From a bacterium (GTDB taxonomy: Bacteria; Bacteroidota; Bacteroidia; Bacteroidales; UBA3663): a stretch of 64,000 nucleotides of DNA. The notes beneath the pieces are model-generated. The model saw nothing but the letters and a program-made list of their open reading frames with translations. It was not told where the DNA came from and made no database searches. This document shows, one piece after another, positions 61,544 through 64,000 of this stretch. The DNA is taken from the NCBI GenBank assembly GCA_963631395.1, contig CAVGQN010000005.1, forward strand, positions 8,446-72,445, given 5' to 3'. The translations under genes were made by a program, and so were the position numbers. The number at the start of each line of letters is the position of its first letter. Within the stretch, counting starts at the first letter, position 1.

Positions 61544-64000
61544 ATGAAACGAGTTCTTTTGGCAGCGGTGTCTGTACTATTGCCCGCTTTGGCCATTGCT
61601 GCAAACACTGTAGTGTCGGTCACTCAAGTGACGGAGGCGGTCGATGTTGCCGATGATACTGACTATGTGATTACCTCTACGACACCCTTTGGCGATGCCG
61701 GTACTGTGAACATTAGCGGTTCGTCTACCTTGATTCTTAAGAATGTTATTCCGACCGAAGCCCTCAAACTGAAGGACCATATCCGCATAGGCGGCTCTGT
61801 TGCGGCTAACGGCAGCAACTGTATGTTCAAGGTCTATGGTAACGGTTGTATCGTCCTTGCCCATGGATCTTCGGTTACGGCCTTCACAGCCTATTCCAAT
61901 GCCGACTATACGGGCGATGTATACACATGGAAGGTCGGGACAGCCCGCGTCTCGTTGGCTGACAATGCGGCCAACAACAACATAAGGAGTTTCGTGTTGA
62001 AGCGCGGATATATGGTTTGTCTCGCTACGCGTAGTGACGGTACCGGATATAGTCGTGTCTATATAGCCGATGCGGCAGACCGGAAAGTCGTCCTTCCGCA
62101 AATCTTGAGCGGCACCGTTTCTTCCCTCCGTGTGATGCAGTGGAACGACTGTGGCAAACGCGGGTATTCCGGCGGCGATGCCACTGTTTTGGATGCTCTC
62201 AACGCGACTTGGTTCTATGACTGGAACTGTGGCGGTACAGCCACCAGCGATTGGGAGTATGTGCCACAGCACCATCATGAGGGATGGCCTTCTATTAGTG
62301 CCATCGGTTCGAGCAACCATTCTCCACACGCCTTGGCCAACAATGAACCTGACAACACTTCCGATTCTCGCGAACAGGTCAACACTGTCGATGATGTTTT
62401 GGCTAATTGGCCGGCTATGATGGCTACGGGCAAACGCCTCGGCTCGCCGGCAGTATCAGGCAACTACAACTGGCTTTATCAGTTTATTGACTCCATTGAT
62501 GCCCGAGGTTGGCGTTGCGACTTTATAGCCGTTCATGCCTACTGGTATTCCGACTGGAGCAGTTGGTACAATACGCTCAAGAATATCCACAGTCGCACAG
62601 GGCGCCCCATTTGGATTACAGAGATGAACTATGGCGCCAATTGGACCGGTTGGCCAGGCTCGGATACCTCTGGCAGCGATGCCAACTTCGCCATAGAGAA
62701 GCAGCATTTTGCACCGGTCATCGATGGACTTGAAAGTACTGGTTGGATGGAACGCTATGCTGTGTACAATTGGGTGCAAGACTGCCGCTCCATGTATCTT
62801 AACAACGCTTTAACTCCAATGGGTAAGTATTATGCGGACAAAGAGACCAATGTCGGCTACAATTCGTCCTACGAAAAAGTGCCATCTTTGCCTCGCCAAT
62901 ACGACCCGTCTAATCTCGTGGCTACCTACGATAAAGGCACCCATAAGGTTACCTTGACTTGGCATGAGCCCAACGGCGAGTATAACCGTTCAATGGTGAT
63001 ACAGCAGAAATTGACGGGCTCGTCTCAATGGACGGCTCTGAAGACTGTCACACAACAGGAGTTGGAGGCAGACTATACGGAGACCGTTGATGGTCAGGAT
63101 GGATACAAGTACCGCATCCTTGTGACAGATGTAAGCAACAAGTCGAGGTATAGCAACGAGGCCACTGCTGTCAACGATAATCTGGAATTTGGTGACGAGG
63201 TGACCACGGCCGAATCTGTTATGTACCTTGGCGGTAACCTGTTGGTAAACGGAGACTTCGAAATGGGACTGGCCGGTTGGGAAAATGGAGCTGGCGCCCC
63301 CCTTTCTGCACCTTACTTTCAAGTTGTTGCTCTAGGCGGCGTAGACAATAGCAGCTACTTGCAGTGTTACGGCAGCAGCACGTCTTCCACTGATGCCCAG
63401 TCCTTGAGGAAGGTCTTGACCCTCACTCCCAATACGTACTATTACGTTTCAGCAGCGGGTTGCAATAACAACCCAAGTTATCAGCGTATCAGCACGACGG
63501 CTATCGAAAAAGTAGAATTGAATCTGCGTATACAGATGCAGGACGTGTCGGAATGGGCCAAACAGGGCAGTTCGTTTCAGGTGACATCCGATACGACGTT
63601 GTTGATACAGTTCCGCAATCTGGAGGGCAAGGCTCAGTTCGACGATATCGTTGTAGCCCGTTTGTTCGAAACGCGGGAAGAGGCTTTGGCTGATGCTCTC
63701 GAATGTGAAAAACAGCGTGTCGCAGCTTTCAAAGCTTACAACACATGGCTGCCGTCTTTGAATGACCAACTTGACAAACTGGTAGCGTCAAGTATTCCGG
63801 CCCTTCAACTTGAGGCTGCTGTTTCACAGTCTTTGCAAGCCATTAAAGCCGCCAAAGAGATTGAAAATCTGAAGCCGAATGCTCTTCTGGTAGTGGAATA
63901 TGGATTGCCGGGACACGCAGAGGTGTCGGAGGTACTCAATGCTATTGCCGGTGCAACGACGGCACAAGACTATATTGATGCATCGGCCAAGATGAAAGCC
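61544..64000 (+). CDS. Secreted multidomain glycoside hydrolase, Glyco_hydro_cc/GH128-like catalytic core + Fn3 + CBM-like + helical region; 3' end outside the window
   Basis: It is absent from the ORF track because it is open-ended. I translated 819 codons by hand from ATG 61544 without meeting a stop. Signal peptide MKRVLLAAVSVLLPALAIA. Motifs NATWFYDWN, LANNEPD (acid/base) and RPIWITEMN (nucleophile). Fn3-like segment (VTLTWHEPNGEY...YKYRILV). CBM-like segment (LLVNGDFEMGLAGWEN). Confidence 0.78.
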   Translation, partial: MKRVLLAAVSVLLPALAIAANTVVSVTQVTEAVDVADDTDYVITSTTPFGDAGTVNISGSSTLILKNVIPTEALKLKDHIRIGGSVAANGSNCMFKVYGNGCIVLAHGSSVTAFTAYSNADYTGDVYTWKVGTARVSLADNAANNNIRSFVLKRGYMVCLATRSDGTGYSRVYIADAADRKVVLPQILSGTVSSLRVMQWNDCGKRGYSGGDATVLDALNATWFYDWNCGGTATSDWEYVPQHHHEGWPSISAIGSSNHSPHALANNEPDNTSDSREQVNTVDDVLANWPAMMATGKRLGSPAVSGNYNWLYQFIDSIDARGWRCDFIAVHAYWYSDWSSWYNTLKNIHSRTGRPIWITEMNYGANWTGWPGSDTSGSDANFAIEKQHFAPVIDGLESTGWMERYAVYNWVQDCRSMYLNNALTPMGKYYADKETNVGYNSSYEKVPSLPRQYDPSNLVATYDKGTHKVTLTWHEPNGEYNRSMVIQQKLTGSSQWTALKTVTQQELEADYTETVDGQDGYKYRILVTDVSNKSRYSNEATAVNDNLEFGDEVTTAESVMYLGGNLLVNGDFEMGLAGWENGAGAPLSAPYFQVVALGGVDNSSYLQCYGSSTSSTDAQSLRKVLTLTPNTYYYVSAAGCNNNPSYQRISTTAIEKVELNLRIQMQDVSEWAKQGSSFQVTSDTTLLIQFRNLEGKAQFDDIVVARLFETREEALADALECEKQRVAAFKAYNTWLPSLNDQLDKLVASSIPALQLEAAVSQSLQAIKAAKEIENLKPNALLVVEYGLPGHAEVSEVLNAIAGATTAQDYIDASAKMKA

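Noticed and set aside
61577-62329. 250-aa minus-strand ORF
   Set aside because: It is antisense to the open-ended GH128-like gene (61544->64000), which has catalytic-core motifs. The track simply did not list the open-ended plus-strand frame.

Overview
This looks like a chromosomal window from a fairly GC-rich Bacteroidales genome. The gene content is Prevotellaceae-like (T9SS C-terminal sorting domains, SusC/SusD pairs, Bacteroidetes-type dcw gene order), but the taxon is an inference. All homology calls rest on motifs read by eye, because no searches could be run. The window has three blocks. (1) 1-8601, minus strand: a tightly coupled operon encoding an FHA protein, two Hanks-type Ser/Thr kinases, a PP2C phosphatase, an FHA-TM protein, an FHA-FHA-TM-trypsin-like protease, a secreted WG-repeat protein and an outer-membrane beta-barrel that runs off the window. 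No recognisable output module is present, so this is the best candidate for an undescribed system. Upstream lies an AT-rich 445-bp region. It holds two inverted 17-bp recombinase-core-like sites that flank a 263-bp segment. That segment carries the only Bacteroidetes -7 promoter box in the region, and the box points away from the operon. A lone tyrosine recombinase gene (9047-10282) sits next to it, so this is a candidate phase-variable inverton. (2) 10452-26142, minus strand: the dcw cluster rsmH-ftsL-ftsI-murE-mraY-murD-ftsW-murG-murC-ftsQ-ftsA-ftsZ, with no mraZ visible. Most of its larger intergenic gaps are built from short degenerate tandem repeats, including a dispersed ~23-bp T-tract-phased repeat family. 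A comEA-like gene, tRNA-Ser(GGA) and a DUF4286-like gene follow. (3) 28460-64000, plus strand: a large plant-cell-wall-type polysaccharide utilization locus. It has two SusC/SusD pairs, three fasciclin-like surface lipoproteins and six large secreted proteins: GH43, a triple-module protein, a clan GH-A/ricin/LamG enzyme, a zincin-like protein, a PL11 rhamnogalacturonan lyase fused to a beta-helical stalk, and a GH128-like enzyme. The five that are complete in the window end in T9SS sorting domains. The many long antisense ORFs in the track are GC-driven artefacts.
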